A stretch of 64,000 nt of DNA, taken from NCBI RefSeq assembly GCF_030144855.1, contig NC_082736.1, positions 11,098,001 to 11,162,000 of the forward strand, read 5' to 3'. This DNA is from Hypanus sabinus. Taxonomy: Eukaryota. Shown piece after piece: positions 23,855-36,963 of this stretch. Both the position numbers and the translations under genes were made by a program. How positions within the stretch are numbered: position 1 is the first letter of the stretch; each line of letters begins with the position of its first letter. The notes under the pieces were generated by a model. The model did not search any database, was not told the origin of the DNA, and worked only from the letters and a program-made list of their open reading frames with translations.

Positions 23855-24260
23855 CAGAGAGCCGGTGCGGTGAGGCGCTGACAGAAACTCACTGTTCCGT
23901 GGGCAGGAAGAGGAGAGGCCGATTCCCACAGTGGAGCCGAAACCCCAACAAATAGAGACCGACTCCATATACGGACTTTTCGCCCCGTCCCCGCCCTGGA
24001 CTGTTTCCAGGGAAACAACGTCGTTGACGATGTGACGTCAGCTCGTTGTGTTCGGTGAAGATTGAATCACGTGACTGGGTGGGGCAAAAGGAGCTGTCAA
24101 TCAGTGCAGCCACAAGAAAACATGTGAGAATTGTAAATAGAATCGGTATGGGATGTGGGGGCGGGGGGGGGGGGGGGGTTGGATTTCCAGGAACGGCAAT
24201 AGACGACGACAAGCAACCAAACAATGCGGCGCGGCCATTACTTCATTAGCCTCATTCCCT
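23855..24260. promoter_or_regulatory. CpG-island promoter-like element (X-box, CRE, E-box, GC boxes, YY1-like)
   Basis: GTTTCCAGGGAAAC 24003-24016, TGACGTCA 24033-24040, TCACGTGA 24067-24074, GGGTGGGGC and GGGGCGGGG, and GCGGCCATT at ~24231. Confidence 0.6.
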
Positions 24261-24711
24261 GCAAGGATGTTTGTGTCACTCCAGTGTACAGTGGGCAAGG
24301 GGGTTTATACTCCCGCTGATGTTGAAACTTGTTTAAATTTCTTACTGGGTGCAATGTATGGAGTGATGATCCAAAGAACAGCTGCCTCCTATCTTTCAGC
24401 AGTCCTCTTCAGATAGATGATGACAGGGTCACTGTGGAGAGCCGAATTTTCTATGCAATTCAACAGCAGCCACAATCCATGTTTTCCTTTGCAAAACAAA
24501 AGGGATGCGGAGAGCGTGGAAGTTACAGCAAGTCAAGTGAATGTAGAATTTGGCAAGGAAAGTTTACAGAGAATGTCAGACAACCCAGACAAGAATGGTC
24601 TTTGAGAGCTTAGTGTCCCTGTGCACAGCAGGGGACTGGAGCCATTTTGAGCACCAAAACAAGATGAGGATGCACACGAAGAGTTCCAGTCTGACAGTTA
24701 ACGTTGGTTAC

Positions 24712-24846
24712 AAGCAAGAGAAATGTGCAGATGCTGGAAATCCGAGCAACACCCACAAAATGATAAAGGAACTTAGCAGACCAGGAAATATCAATGGAAA
24801 AGAGTAAACAGTCGACGTTTCGGACCGGCACCCTTGAGCAGGACTG
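24712..24846 (-). mobile_element. Solo Penelope pLTR with hammerhead motif (stem I intact)
   Basis: Minus 24809-24846: CAGTC-CTGCTCA-AGGGTGCCGGTCC-GAAAC-GTC-GACTG. Confidence 0.75.
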
Positions 24847-25183
24847 ATATTGGTCCTTTAACTTACTTACACCTCGGTGGGACTCGGTGGGAGTTTATAG
24901 CTGGCAACAAAGCCCCGGTTTAATGTGCTCGGAGTGATGGAATCTATCACTGAGTTTAACAACGAACGGTGATGAGATACAGATTCTCAGGGGACAGATG
25001 AGGAAAGAGAGTGAACGCCCCTTTCTTCTCGGAAGATTCTACCGTCCTGGGCTCACAGCAGCCTGAGTTATTCCACCTTCCCAATGCCCAATGAATTGAT
25101 CGCGTAAACACAAGTTCTTTGTCCGCTTTTATTTGTCCTTTTAAGACAATATTCTTCTTGAAGAATGCTGCAAAAGTTTTACT

Positions 25184-25255
25184 TCTCCCGTCGGGGAATT
25201 GAACCCCGGTCTCCCGCGTGACAGGCGGGGATACTAACCACTATACTAACAAAGA
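25184..25255 (-). tRNA. tRNA-Asp(GTC), acceptor stem damaged (possible pseudogene)
   Basis: TCTTTGTTAGTATAGTGGTTAGTATCCCCGCCTGTCACGCGGGAGACCGGGGTTCAATTCCCCGACGGGAGA. A and B boxes are intact; the acceptor has several G-U pairs and a C-A mismatch. Confidence 0.85.
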
Positions 25256-26689
25256 ACTGCAAATGAAACCTCTTGGCATAAGTATTCAAGAGTACACGAA
25301 GATAAATAGATTTGTCTTGCTGTTTATTGATTGTAATACTGGAGCCTTTCACTCGTGTCCTTCCCACAACACTGTCTCAGTTTTCTCGCTATCTCGCTAT
25401 TATCGCTATTTCTCCAGCGATATGGTCACTTTTTTGTGTTCAACGACTAGTGAAACGTACCGTTCTCATTCGAGCCCAACTCCGTGTTGTTGCAAAGATC
25501 ATTTTTAATCACAGTATATATATCAGATTTTGTTATGGTTCAGCAGGGAAACGATTTGTAGCTCATCGAATCCACTTCAACCAAACACTTCACTGAAAAA
25601 TGTGTATATCCGGGCGGACGGAGAACGGCGACCTAAACTGGATATATCAGGAACTGCAGCAGAGTGATGCATCAGAGTCACCAGAGTTTGAAACCAGTCC
25701 CAGCCACGGTCATACACTACTGGAGACGGTTCAGGACCCGAGTCCCCCGCAGAATAATAGAACGATGGTGATATAATGCTGAACATAGCTGTCTTCCAGG
25801 TAATTGACGCAGATTCGATTTCCGACGATCGTAGTTGGTAGACTTTTGATCTTCTTCCATCGAAACTGTCAGATGTAAACCACTCACAGAATCCAATCCG
25901 TGCAGACTTCTAGCGTCCGGGTGCTCTAACCCTGCCAACTGGCGTACGAACTCCCGAAATTATTTAAATATCTGAGTGGGTGTAAAATTACTGTTCACCC
26001 TAGGCTGGCCGGTGGATCATGGATGGATTTGCTGTCCCTCACATTTTCCCCGGTGAACCGATCAATACAGCTCCCTGTTCTCACTCCAATCCAGGTTCCC
26101 ACAACAAACCAGGACACATCAAAACGTGTCGGATGATGTGTTCACACTGAGTGGGTCAGTCTACTCACCACCCACTCTGTGTAATTATACCCTGTGGCAT
26201 CTCTCTCCTCATTCCCCGGCCCCATCATTACGACATGATAGATAGGTATCTTATGGATAGGGGAATCAAGGGATATGGGGACAAGGAAGGAACCGGGTAT
26301 TGATAGTAGATGATCAGCCATGATCTCAAAATGGCGGTGCAGGCTCGAAGGGCCGAATGGTCAACTTCTGCACCTATTGTCTATTGACATCTGCAGAGTT
26401 CCTCATGTTTGCTCAATAAATTTAACATTTTATTCTGATTAACAAGTATAATATGGAATCAAAGTATCATGCAACCCTGACACAGGCCTTTCGGCCCACA
26501 GTGTTCATGTTGACAATCAACTACCGATCACACCAGAAAAGAGCTCGCTTACCAGCTATTGCCTCCAGTATCTTGAGGATTCCAGTGCTCGTCCGGACAA
26601 TTCTCTAATATTGTGAGTGTACCTGCCTCCACCAGTCACTCAACATGGGTTCCAGTTTCCAAACACCATCCGCATGAAGTTCTTCATCC

Positions 26690-27810
26690 GATAAAAGAGA
26701 GTTGAGGGTATATATAGGACCAATACAACATGACGCTGGAGATATATTAATGTGAGATGCAGAGATGGCAGAGGAACTGAATGAGTATTTTGCATCATTC
26801 TTCACAGCGGAAGTCAGCTGCAGTATACCGGCCATTCTAGAGTGTCAATGAAGTGAAGTATGTGTAGTGGAAATTACGACCGAGAAGGTGCTCGGTATGC
26901 TTAGTGGTCTGATGGTGGATGAATCTCCTCGACCTGATGGAATGCAACCTCGGGTTCTGGAGGAAGTACCTGGAGAGATTGTGGAGGTATTAACAATGAT
27001 CTTTCAAGACTTGATAAATTCTGGCATTGTCCTGGATGACTGGAACATTGCAAATGTTACTCTCCTATTTAAGAAGGGCACGAGGCAGCAGAATGCAAGC
27101 TAGAGACCAATTTGCGTGACATCAGTGGTTGGAAAGTTGTTGGAGTCGATAGTTAGGGATGATATTCCGGAGTAGCTGGAGAAACATGATAAGATAGGCC
27201 AAAGCCAGCATGGCTTCCTGAAAGGAAAATGCTGCCTGGCTAACTTACTGCAATTCTTCGAGGAAATTACAAGCAGGGTAACAAAGGGGATGCAGTGGAT
27301 GTGGTGCCCTTGGATTTTCAGAAGGCATTTGACGAGGTGCTGCACAGGAGACTGTTCAGACAGATAAGGGCCCTGAAATAACAGGCAGGTAACTAGCATG
27401 GGGGGAGCATTGCTTGTTCGGCAGAGAGCAGAGAGTGGAATAAATGCATACTATTCTGGCTGGCTGCCCGTTACTGTTGGTGTTCCACAGGGTTCGGTGT
27501 TGGAACAGTTGCTTCTTATGATGTATGTCCATGACTTGGACTATGGGATTAATCAATTAATGTCTAAATCTGCCGATAATACAAAGATAGGTGAAGGAGT
27601 CGGTGGTGTTGAGAATACAGAGACCCTGCAGAGAGACTTAGATAGTTTAAAGGAATGGGCAAAGAAGTGGCAAATGAAATAACATATTGGAAAGGGTATG
27701 GTCATGCACATTGGTGGAAGAAATAGACGGACAGAATACTATTTAGCTGGTGAGATAATTCAAAGATGCAGGGATGCACAGGGAATTTAGGAGCCCTTGT
27801 TCAGGATACC
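26690..27810 (+). mobile_element. CR1 LINE ORF2 (RT) fragment
   Basis: AEELNEYFASFFT, SPRPDGMQPRVLEEV, WNIANVTLLFKKG and GVPQGSVL...SADNTKIG. Confidence 0.9.
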
Positions 27811-27811
27811 C

Positions 27812-29195
27812 TGCCGCCACCATCGTCCCCGTGCCGAAGAAGTCTTCAGTGTCTTGCCTAAATAACTACGTCCCGTTGCACTCACATCCATGATCATGAA
27901 GTGTTGCGAGAGGCTCGCATGAGGCATATCAAGACCCTGCGAGCCCCATCACTGGACCCACTGCAGTTTGCGTACCGTCCGAACCTCTCAACAGACGATG
28001 ACATTGCCAATCACCCTCCACCTGGCCCTAACCCACCTGGACTAAAAAGGCACATATGGTCAGATGCTGTTCTTAGACTTCAGCATTGAACACAATCATC
28101 CCTCAGAAAATGGAAAGCTGAGCCTACTGGGCCTGAAAACCTCCCTCTGCAACTGGATCCTAGACTTCCTGGCTAGGAGACGTCAATAAGTCCGGATCGG
28201 GAGCAGCATCTCCAACACCATCACACTGAGCACGGGGCCCCCCAGGGCTGTGTGCTCAGTCCACTGCTGTTCACTCTGCTGACCCACGACTGTGCAGCAA
28301 CGCACAGCTCGAACCATATCAACAAGTTCGCCGATGACACGACCGTGGTAGGTCTCATCAGCAAGAATGACGTGTCAGCTTACAGAGAGGAGGTGCAGAG
28401 TATAATGGACTGGTGCAGAGCAAACAACCTGTCTCTGAATGTGCACAGAACAAAAGAAATGGTTGATGACTTCAGGAGAGCATGGAGCGACCACTGCCCG
28501 CTGAACATTGATGGTTCCTCTGTAGAGATCGTTAAGAGCACCAAATTTCTTGGTGTTCACCTGGCGGAGAATCTCACCTGGTCCCTCAACACCAGCTCCA
28601 TAGCAAAGAAAGCCCAACAGCATCTCTACTTTCTGCGAAGGCTGAGGAAAGTCCATTTCCCACACCCCGTCCTCATCACATTCTACAGAGGTTGTATTGA
28701 GAGCATCCTGAGCAGCTGCATCCCCGCCTGGTTCGGAAATTGCACCATCTCGGATCTCAAGACCCTGCAGCGGATAGTGAGGTCAGGTGAGAAGATCATC
28801 GGGGTTTCTCTTCCCGTCATCGCGGACATTTACACTACACGCTTCATCCACAAAGAAAACAGGAATATGAAGGACCCCTCGCACCCCTCATACAAACACT
28901 TCTCCCTCCTGCCGTCTAGGAAAAGGCGCCGAAGCATTCGGGCTCTCACGACCAGACTATATTCTTCCCCCAATCTGTCAGACTCCTCAATACTCAGAGC
29001 CTGGACTGACACCTTACTGCCCTATTGTCCTGTTCATTATTTATTGTTATGCCTGCACTCTTTTGTGCACTTTATGCAGTCCTGGGTAGGACTTTAGTCT
29101 AGTGTAGTTGTTGTTTGTTTTTCTCTGTGTTGTTTTTACATAGCTGAGTCTAGTTTTTGTTCTGTGTCCTGTAACACCATGGTCCTGAAAAACGC
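27812..29195 (+). mobile_element. Rex1/Babar LINE RT and 3' end, abutting the CR1
   Basis: LDPLQFAYRPN, and ORF 28252..29097 LSPLLFTLLTHDC...KFADDTTVVGLIS...ESILSSCIPAWFG. Confidence 0.9.
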
Positions 29196-29914
29196 TGTAA
29201 GGACGGAGCTGTGTGCTCCCAGCTTCCATAATCTGAGAAAAAGCCAGAGAGTAAACAATAAATAATGAGGAATGGGAACTCTGAGAGCACATCTAAAGTT
29301 CAAAGTAATATCATTACCAATATTGCACTCTGGGGTTTATTTACTTGCTGGCCTACACAGTGGATCTGAGAAATACAACAACGTCAATGAACGAAAAACT
29401 ACACACAAGCAGAATGGCAAACAACCAATGTGAAAATAAGTAAATTAATAATAAATAGATAGATAGCAGTAAAAAAGAAATAACACTTAGATATGAGCCT
29501 GCATGTTTGAGGACTGCGCCTGTAAGCCACGGCATTGTCATGCGCCGGGATGGTCGTTGGGAGCCTGTTGAGAGATGAGCTCGGTGGGCTGGGATGTCTG
29601 GACTATGAACATACACATTCCGAGTCGATGTATTTTACTGATATTCTGAATGCGCTTGTTGACTTATATGTGCATGGACTGGGCATCAAGCCTCGGTGTG
29701 GCGGGGGTGGGTGGGGGTGGCTGTGGTGGTTGTCGGGAATATTTTATTCCTTGAATCTGATTTTGGTCCGTTGATAATGTGTTTTAGCACCTGGATGCAC
29801 TCGGATAGCACCGGCTCCTCATGGCCACATTATGGAGAGGACAGGATTATACCAGGATGTGTGTGGAGAAGTTTTACCGGGTTAAGTCCTGGGCGCTCAG
29901 GATGAGGCTGTTCG

Positions 29915-31004
29915 TTACAGATATCTCCTTCTCTCAGCTTCTGCGTCTCCGCTGCATCTGCTCTCAGAATCAGGTTTTCATTCTAGAACAAAGGAGATGC
30001 CCTCAAAAGGGCGTCTCTCCCTCCACCATCAACTCAACTCTCAACTGCATCTCTTCCGTTTCCAGCATTTCTGCTCGAACAACATCCTCCCTCTACTTCA
30101 CCAGTGACATAGTTTCGCTTGTCCACACCTACCACCACACCAGCCTCCGTGGCCGGCACATAATTATCTGTAGCTTCCGCCATCCCCAATTGGATCCCAT
30201 CACGAAGCACATCTTTCCCTCCTCTGCAATATGACACCCCCACACACTATGATTCCACACAGACCGCTCCCTATGCGACTTCCTTGTTCGTTCGCCCGAC
30301 CCCACAGATCTCTGTCCTGTTTCTTAACCCTACAAATGGAGCAAGTGCTAAACCTGCCCCTGCACCTCGTCCCTCATTGGTTTTCAATGTCCATGTGAGG
30401 CGACATTTCACCTACGAGTTTGTTTGGGATCATATACTGTGTCTGGTGCTCCCGGTGTGGCCTCCTGTATATTGGTGAATAAGACGAAGATTGGGATACC
30501 ATTTCACCGAGCACCTACTGCTTGAAGAAATGAGATCTATCCGTGGCCACCAATTGTATTTCCACTTCCCATTCCAATTCTGATATGTCAATCCATGGCC
30601 TCCTACTGTCACGATGAGGCCACACTCAGGATGGAGGAACAACACCTTACATTCCGTCTGGGCAGCCTGCAACTTGATGGCATGCACATTGATTTCTCGA
30701 ACTTTCATTAATGCCCCCACCCCACCCGCTCTCTCCTTCATCAGTCCCCTTCCCTTTTTCCGTCACTCACTTTATCTCTTTGCCTGTCCATCGCCTCCCT
30801 CTGGTACTCCTCACCTTTTTCTTTCATCCAAGGCCTTCTATCCCTACAAATCAAATTCCCCCTTCTCCAACCCCTTATCTCACCCTGTTCCCTCCCCCGC
30901 CATTTAAATCCACTCCTCATCTTTGTTTCTCTACAGCTGCCAAGCGGTCTAGGCCCGAAACGTAGAATGAACTTTTTCCCCATCGATGCTGCCTGGACTG
31001 TTGA

Positions 31005-31063
<59 letters not shown>

Positions 31064-31105
31064 ATTGCTTGGAACTCCAGCATCTGCAGTTTTTCTCTTG
31101 TTTCT
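29915..31105 (+). mobile_element. Penelope-like element, RT C-terminus plus GIY-YIG plus pLTR
   Basis: FSQLLRLRCICSQ, VRRHFTYE/CGLLYIGE and EATLRMEEQHL. pLTR with a degenerate hammerhead at ~30935-30968. Confidence 0.85.
31007..31060. repeat. (TG)n microsatellite inside the Penelope pLTR
   Basis: Direct reading. Confidence 0.97.
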
Positions 31106-31714
31106 GTGGTGCATGAAAACGGCTTCGCGTTTGGTGAAGGAATCTGGGCCCAGAACAAAGTGTTTGCCAACTTGGTCTGGGCCCGGTCCCCGGGTCCTAA
31201 TGAGAGGTATCATACACTGTATAGACTATATAAACGACGGCCTGATCGGAGGCGTGAGCTGACTTCCCTCGCTCTCCGTGATCTTTACTCCTCTCTCCAT
31301 GGTGCAGTTCCGTCATTCAATCAATTTAAACGCCGGCCCAGACAGACTGAAGACTTCTTGTTGGTCGCGACGAGAGCCGGTTTCTCTTTATCTCCGCGAT
31401 GGTCATCTCTATGGCGCTGAGCCTGAGAAGACTGCCCCCGGCTGCTGTGCACCGTGCCCGCTAATATGATGAACTGATAAGGGAGACTTTCGGCCGACTC
31501 CAAATTGTTGTTCGCTTCAATTGTTTACATGATTTGTATTTTTTTTCTCTTTTGCGTCGACTGTTGGTCTTTTATTCAGTAAATTACTTTTCCCCTGCTA
31601 ATTCAATCTTCAATCTAGAAATAACTTGTTTCAGAACATCACCTGCTCAGAATTCGGGGGGCCATGTAGTCGACTCACAGTAAATCACGGGTAGTTTGCT
31701 GTGAGTGTTAGAGT

Positions 31715-31996
31715 GTGGACCGTTTAATCTGCTTGGAAGTAGGTACAGAGGAGATGTCAGGAGTAGGTATTTTTGTGCGCAAAGAGTAGTGAGTGCATGG
31801 AAAGGGCTGCCGGCGACTGTGGTTGAGGTGGATACAATAGGGTCTTGTAAGAAGGTAGATACATGAGGCTTAGAAATATAGAGGGCTCTGGTCATCCCCA
31901 GGTAATTTCTAAGGTAAGTACATGTTCGGCACAGCATTGTGGGCTGAAGGGCCGGTATTGTGGGGTAGGTTTTCTATGTTTCTATATTTCTATGTT
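31715..31996 (+). mobile_element. CR1 LINE 3' end
   Basis: FLCAKSSECMERAA region with a (tttctatg) tail. Confidence 0.75.
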
Positions 31997-32824
31997 CATT
32001 AACGGAACTCATAATTAGTCGAAGGTCACGCTTTATTGTCTCTGCACAAACAACAGCCTAACGATGCTGACTCCGGGCCAACAACTTGGAAAGTGAATTC
32101 TACTGTTCCCTCTGTGCCAATACTCACTCAGACAACTTGTCCAGTTTATGGCACCGGAGTAGGGGGATCTTCGTGGGCCAAACATTTGATCATTTCCTCT
32201 CCGGCCCCTGGCGTGTGGGTTCTTCCTCGCGATGGGGATTCTCCGGAGTTGTCACTGACAGCACAATCGAAGTGTCCACATTTATCCCTGTTACCAACTA
32301 AACATTACATTCCAGAGTCATTGGCTTGCTGTAGGTCATTTGGTTGACCGTTTATACCATTTTATTAGCTCTGCTCCAGGCCAGCATTCATTTATTACCC
32401 TCTTCCCAGCAACTGATAGTCTACAATTTATGGCTGTTTGTTCTCTTCAGTAAGCAGCTCGAATCTCACTCCAGGCAGCCACCGATACCCACAAACCCGC
32501 ATCTTCTGATATATCAAACGACACCTCACAGATCTCCCGTCCACTAAATTTCCTGAAACATCATTGTGTCTACTTTAAAATACAGAAAACACAGCAACTC
32601 CATCTCACAAAACGGAGAATGTAAAACAGTTTCACAAAATGTCAGCCTCCATCTCCAATCACATGGCTGGAACAAAGACAATTGATATGTCTGCTTCCAC
32701 TATCCCTGATCCGTCGAGTTCTGCGCTTTCTTTCATATTTTACATCCACTCTGATCAACAAGCTAATGCTCCCTTTTCCAGAACGAGGCTGAGATCGTAC
32801 TTGATCGTTGGGATAGGGCTGACC

Positions 32825-35700
32825 CTACCTCGGAGACGGAGGCGTCGACCTCATCAATGAACTGACGGGAGGGTCCAGCATGGAAGCGGTTGTGAACCGC
32901 CTCCTCAGGTGAGTGAATGACGAATCAGCCTCGGAATCCCAACAAAAAGGTATTGTAGGCGAGGTACGTCGGGTAAGGGGCGCCGCCACCTGACTGTAAT
33001 CCCTGATAAATCGGCGATCCATTTTGCAAACCCCCCAGAAAACGCTGAAAGTGCTTGGGGGTTGTGGGCCTGGGCCATTCTTCCACCGCTCGGATCTTCT
33101 CGAGGTCTGCCCTCAGCTGCCCACTCTCAATGATGTAGCCCAGGAAGCTGACCGAAGGGACGTGGAACTCACATTTCTCAGCCTTCACAAATAACGTTCT
33201 CCCACAGTCTCTGGAGGGCTGGACGGTCATGGTGAATGTGGTTCTGGGGGCTTCTAGACAATAGTAAGATATCATCTAGGTAGCCGAAACCGAAAGGAAT
33301 AATAAAGTCCCTCTGCATATCATTCATTAGGGCTTGAAAAACGGTGGGGGCATTGGTGAGGCGAAACGGCATGAACAAGCATTCAGACTGGCCGAAATGT
33401 GTATTAAAAGCCGTCTTCCACTCATCTCCGTCCCTCATCCTGACTAGATGGTAGGCGCTTCGATTTTCCACCTCCGAGAAGATGGTGGCTCTGTGAAGAG
33501 TGAATGAGGGGTAGTGGGTACTTCTTTTTAACTGTTATATTGTTTAGTCCTCGGTCATCAATACAAGGACAATTCGTCTCACGCTTCTTCATTACAAAGA
33601 AGAAACCGTCGCCTATCGTGGAGGATGAATGTCGAATAATGCCCGCCGCTAAGGACCCACTAATATATTTCTCCATGGCTTCTCTCTCCGCGCGGGATAA
33701 GTAATAAAGACGACTGGTGGGCAACGAGGCTCCGGGGAGAAGGTCGATAGCGCAATCATACGGGAGGTGCGGAGGCAGGGAAAGAGCCCGTTGTTTGCTT
33801 AATACGTCCCAGGTCATGGAATTCTGCAGGGACTCTGGACAAGGCGAGGGCTTCCAAGGCAGGCGAGGTCGTGGGAACCTCCATAATGGGTAGAGCAGAC
33901 AGCAGACAGGTAGCGCGGCAAAACTGGCTCCAGCTGGCTATACTCCCGCTAGACCAGTCGATGTAGGGGTTGTGGTGGTTCAGCCAGGGACATCCTAGAA
34001 GTTCAGTGGCTTGATGTGAATGGGTGAGATTAACACTACCCAAATCAAAAAGAGAGTGGAATGTTCTGTCGCCAGAGCTGCGCAGTACTTCTTACATTAA
34101 TATTTTAAAATATAGACTCAATCAAATCAATTTAGGGGATCGAGTCAACAAAGCTCACTTTGCAATTTAACTCTCAGGCCGTTCACACCGACTGCGCGTT
34201 ATAACAGTTGTCCGGCGGCGTTTGCGGAGCACCAAGCTGAATCAGAATCATACCTCCTCTCGATGATTTCCGGACAGAATCACGGTCAGCGCTGGCCTAC
34301 AGTGGGTAAACCGAGCCAGCAGTTTTTGTGCAGCGCCCGGGTCTCCAGAGGGATACTTAACGTCTCCCGAGTTATTCTGGCCCGGGAGATTATGTCCTCG
34401 TCCAGCAGATTTCCTTCGGCACCGGAATCCACCAAGGCAGATAGGGACAGGGACTTGTCGATAGTTCACAGTAGCCGAGATCTGCATCCGGGTCTCGGAG
34501 ACTGAACGATGTGTCGTCCGGCACACCTGGATCCTCTTTCTACTAGTGGTCCCTCCCTTTTGGCCGCAGGACCTGATCCTGGAAATGTCCCGGCTCGTCG
34601 CAATGGACAAAATCCCCAGCTCCCTGCCTCCTGCTGGCTAGAGAGATCAGAGAGTCCAGGCTGTCCGCGTCCTCCCTCGCTGCCAATTCATCTTTTGTCT
34701 TATCTGAGAGGCCCTGTCGAAACATTTCCCGTAGAGCCTCGTCATTCTACCCAGAATCGGCCGCCAATGTTCGGAACTCGATGGAGTATTTTGCTACGCT
34801 TCGCGAAGCCTGACAGAGAGTTATCAAGCCCTTAGCGGCGTCCTTACCGCGAATGGGGTGTTCAAAGACCTTCCTCATTTCGGAGACGAAAGAGGGGAAG
34901 GAGGAACAGACATCTGGTTGGTTGTCCCAGGTCGCGGTGGTCCATGCCAAGGTAACACCTCGTAGCAGCCCCATGATGTACACAATCTTTGATCTGTCCG
35001 AGGTGTACGGACGTGGCTGTTGCTCAAAGACCAAAGAGCTTTGTAATATAAGGCCTGCCACTTCCCTAGGTTCCCAGCGTAGGATTCCGGCCCGGGTATG
35101 TACAGTTCTCCAGGGGACTGTGTTGCCGACCAAAGGGGCGTGAAAATCCCAGACTGTGCGGTTTGGTCAGTCGGGGTTGTTGGAAGGGACGGAGTAAGGG
35201 AAGTGGATGCCCGGTCAACCTGCTAACTGACCTTCCTCACATTCGTGGACACACACGAAGGTTTTCCGTTTCCTCTCTGAACAGTTGGTCGTGGGTGCCC
35301 AGTAGGTAGCCCTGGCTGGCGGGGGCCTGTTGCACGATGTCCGTGTTTGCTGGGTTCACTCTTGGCCAGTTCGCTCAGTTGCAAGGACGAGGCTGAGGGC
35401 GACCTCAAGTGCAGGACACAGGCGCGAAGGCAGAGACTTGAGGCGTTAGCACCGTCGCTAACGAGGAACCGGTCCCCAGGAGAGTTTTACACGGAGACAA
35501 GGTTTACGACGATATATCCAGGAAATGATGCGGAGCTGAGAACCGACAGTCCTGAGGAATCAGGAAACGAGGTTTACTCACACCAGCGTCGACCAACGAA
35601 CCGGCAAACCAGAGCTGTGACGCTCGAGTTTTATCCTATGTTCGCTAAAGGGAACCCGGTGTGCTGTAATTAGCGGAACTGGGAATGATTGGAAATCAGA
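32825..35700 (-). mobile_element. Ty3/Gypsy LTR retrotransposon (Sushi/chromovirus-like), gag-PR-RT, frameshifted and 3'-truncated
   Basis: gag: LVFEQQPRPYTSDRSKIVYIMGLLRG...YSIEFRTLAADSG and FRQGLS. Protease: LVDSGAEGN. RT: [54 protein letters not shown]-like sequence at ~35380-35700. Confidence 0.9.
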
Positions 35701-36299
35701 CGACGGGATTAAAGCACAATTAAGAAGGTAATATCAAGATGGAGAATTGCCAGTCGGGACCCTGACAGTCTCTTTTTCTTCTGTGTGCTTCCAACATCAT
35801 CAGTTTTGGTTTTTATTCTCATTTCCCTGCAGCATTTTCCTCGATTTTCAACACAACGCAATCGGCTCCGATCTAGCACCTGCTCTCCCATCCTCAACAC
35901 CACCACCACCGTTTGTGGCCGGAGCGATCTGCACCGGATTTCGTCTCATTGCTTTCTAATGCGTCTATGTTTAAAGCCCATGACTCTGCCTGTTCGATTC
36001 CACAACAAAACTGAGCTGTGGTGATGCTCCTTTACCCTGATCGTTGGTGCACTGTGCTTTCGCATAATTCATCCCGTAACAGTTACTACCGTTATCGTTC
36101 CGTGAATCCTGCCTGCCGGAACACTGCTATGGTCGGACATGGATCATTTCGTTTCACAACCTCATTCAATAACATCAGTACTGGCGAGCTCTGAAGGCAC
36201 AGTATCAACTTGTGATTTTGTTTTATCTTTCGTTCCGCGCTTTCTATCTCACTGCTGAATATTTCGGGGTTTCATTGTCTCGTTTGACAATGAAACTCC

Positions 36300-36520
36300 C
36301 AGTATCGGGTAGCGTATGAGGCAGTGGACTCGGGCTGACTGTCTGAGAATCTCTCAGAAAAATACTGCTGCGCCGTGATATTGAAAATGGCGGACAGCAG
36401 GCAGCGAGGTCAACTGTTGAATGGTGAGAATCAAAACTTGATCCAAACGGTTTTCTTCGACATACAGAAGTCGCGCTGGATGCTGCGTCCATTGGCCGCG
36501 GGAAACTGCCCCTGTGTACG
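36300..36520. promoter_or_regulatory. CpG-rich promoter-like patch (YY1, CCAAT, E2F)
   Basis: AAAATGGCGG at ~36384 and ATTGGCCGCGGGAAA at ~36491-36506. Confidence 0.4.
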
Positions 36521-36574
36521 TGGTTGACAGGAGTAAAGACGTGGTGGGAGACAGGGGACTCACCGTGGTCAGGA

Positions 36575-36935
36575 CCAAATCACAAGCAAAAGAGAGTCTC
36601 CAGATACTGGAAATAAAAATAATACACACAATGCTGGAGGAACTCAGCAAACCAGGCAGCATCCATGGAAACGAGAAAACGGTCGACATTTCGGCCTATA
36701 CACTTCACTAGGACAGTAAAAATTAGATTAGAAGTAAGGGTTAAATGGGGAAAGGGAGGAAGATGTACACGGTGAGAGGTGAAACCTGGAGCGGGGGCGG
36801 TTTGAGGTAAATAACTGGAAAGACTATTGGTAAAGAGATCAAATGCTGAAAAAGGAGAAATTTGATTGAAGAGGACAGAAGGCCATTGAAGAAAGGGTTG
36901 GGGGAAGAGTACCAGTGGAAACCGATGGGCATTTA
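36575..36935 (-). mobile_element. Penelope pLTR and 3' fragment
   Basis: aatgctggaggaactcagcaaaccaggcagcatc...gtcgacatttcgg. Degenerate hammerhead at 36680-36716. Confidence 0.75.
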
Positions 36936-36963
36936 GGGAGATTGGATCTACACATCAGGCGAC

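Noticed and set aside
25577-25960. CpG-rich stretch with short ORFs near tRNA-Asp (considered as a B30.2 or recombinase remnant)
   Set aside because: No convincing motif match by eye.
28252-29097. Longest ORF (281 aa) as a possible host gene
   Set aside because: It is Rex1/Babar reverse transcriptase with a frameshifted upstream part.
30917-31420. HT- and VC-repeat ORFs
   Set aside because: Translations of the (TG)n microsatellite.
34543-35133. Gag ORF similar to domesticated PEG10/RTL-type genes
   Set aside because: Multiple frameshifts, an inserted repeat at ~34020-34250 and a retained LTR-like segment indicate an ordinary decayed Gypsy element.
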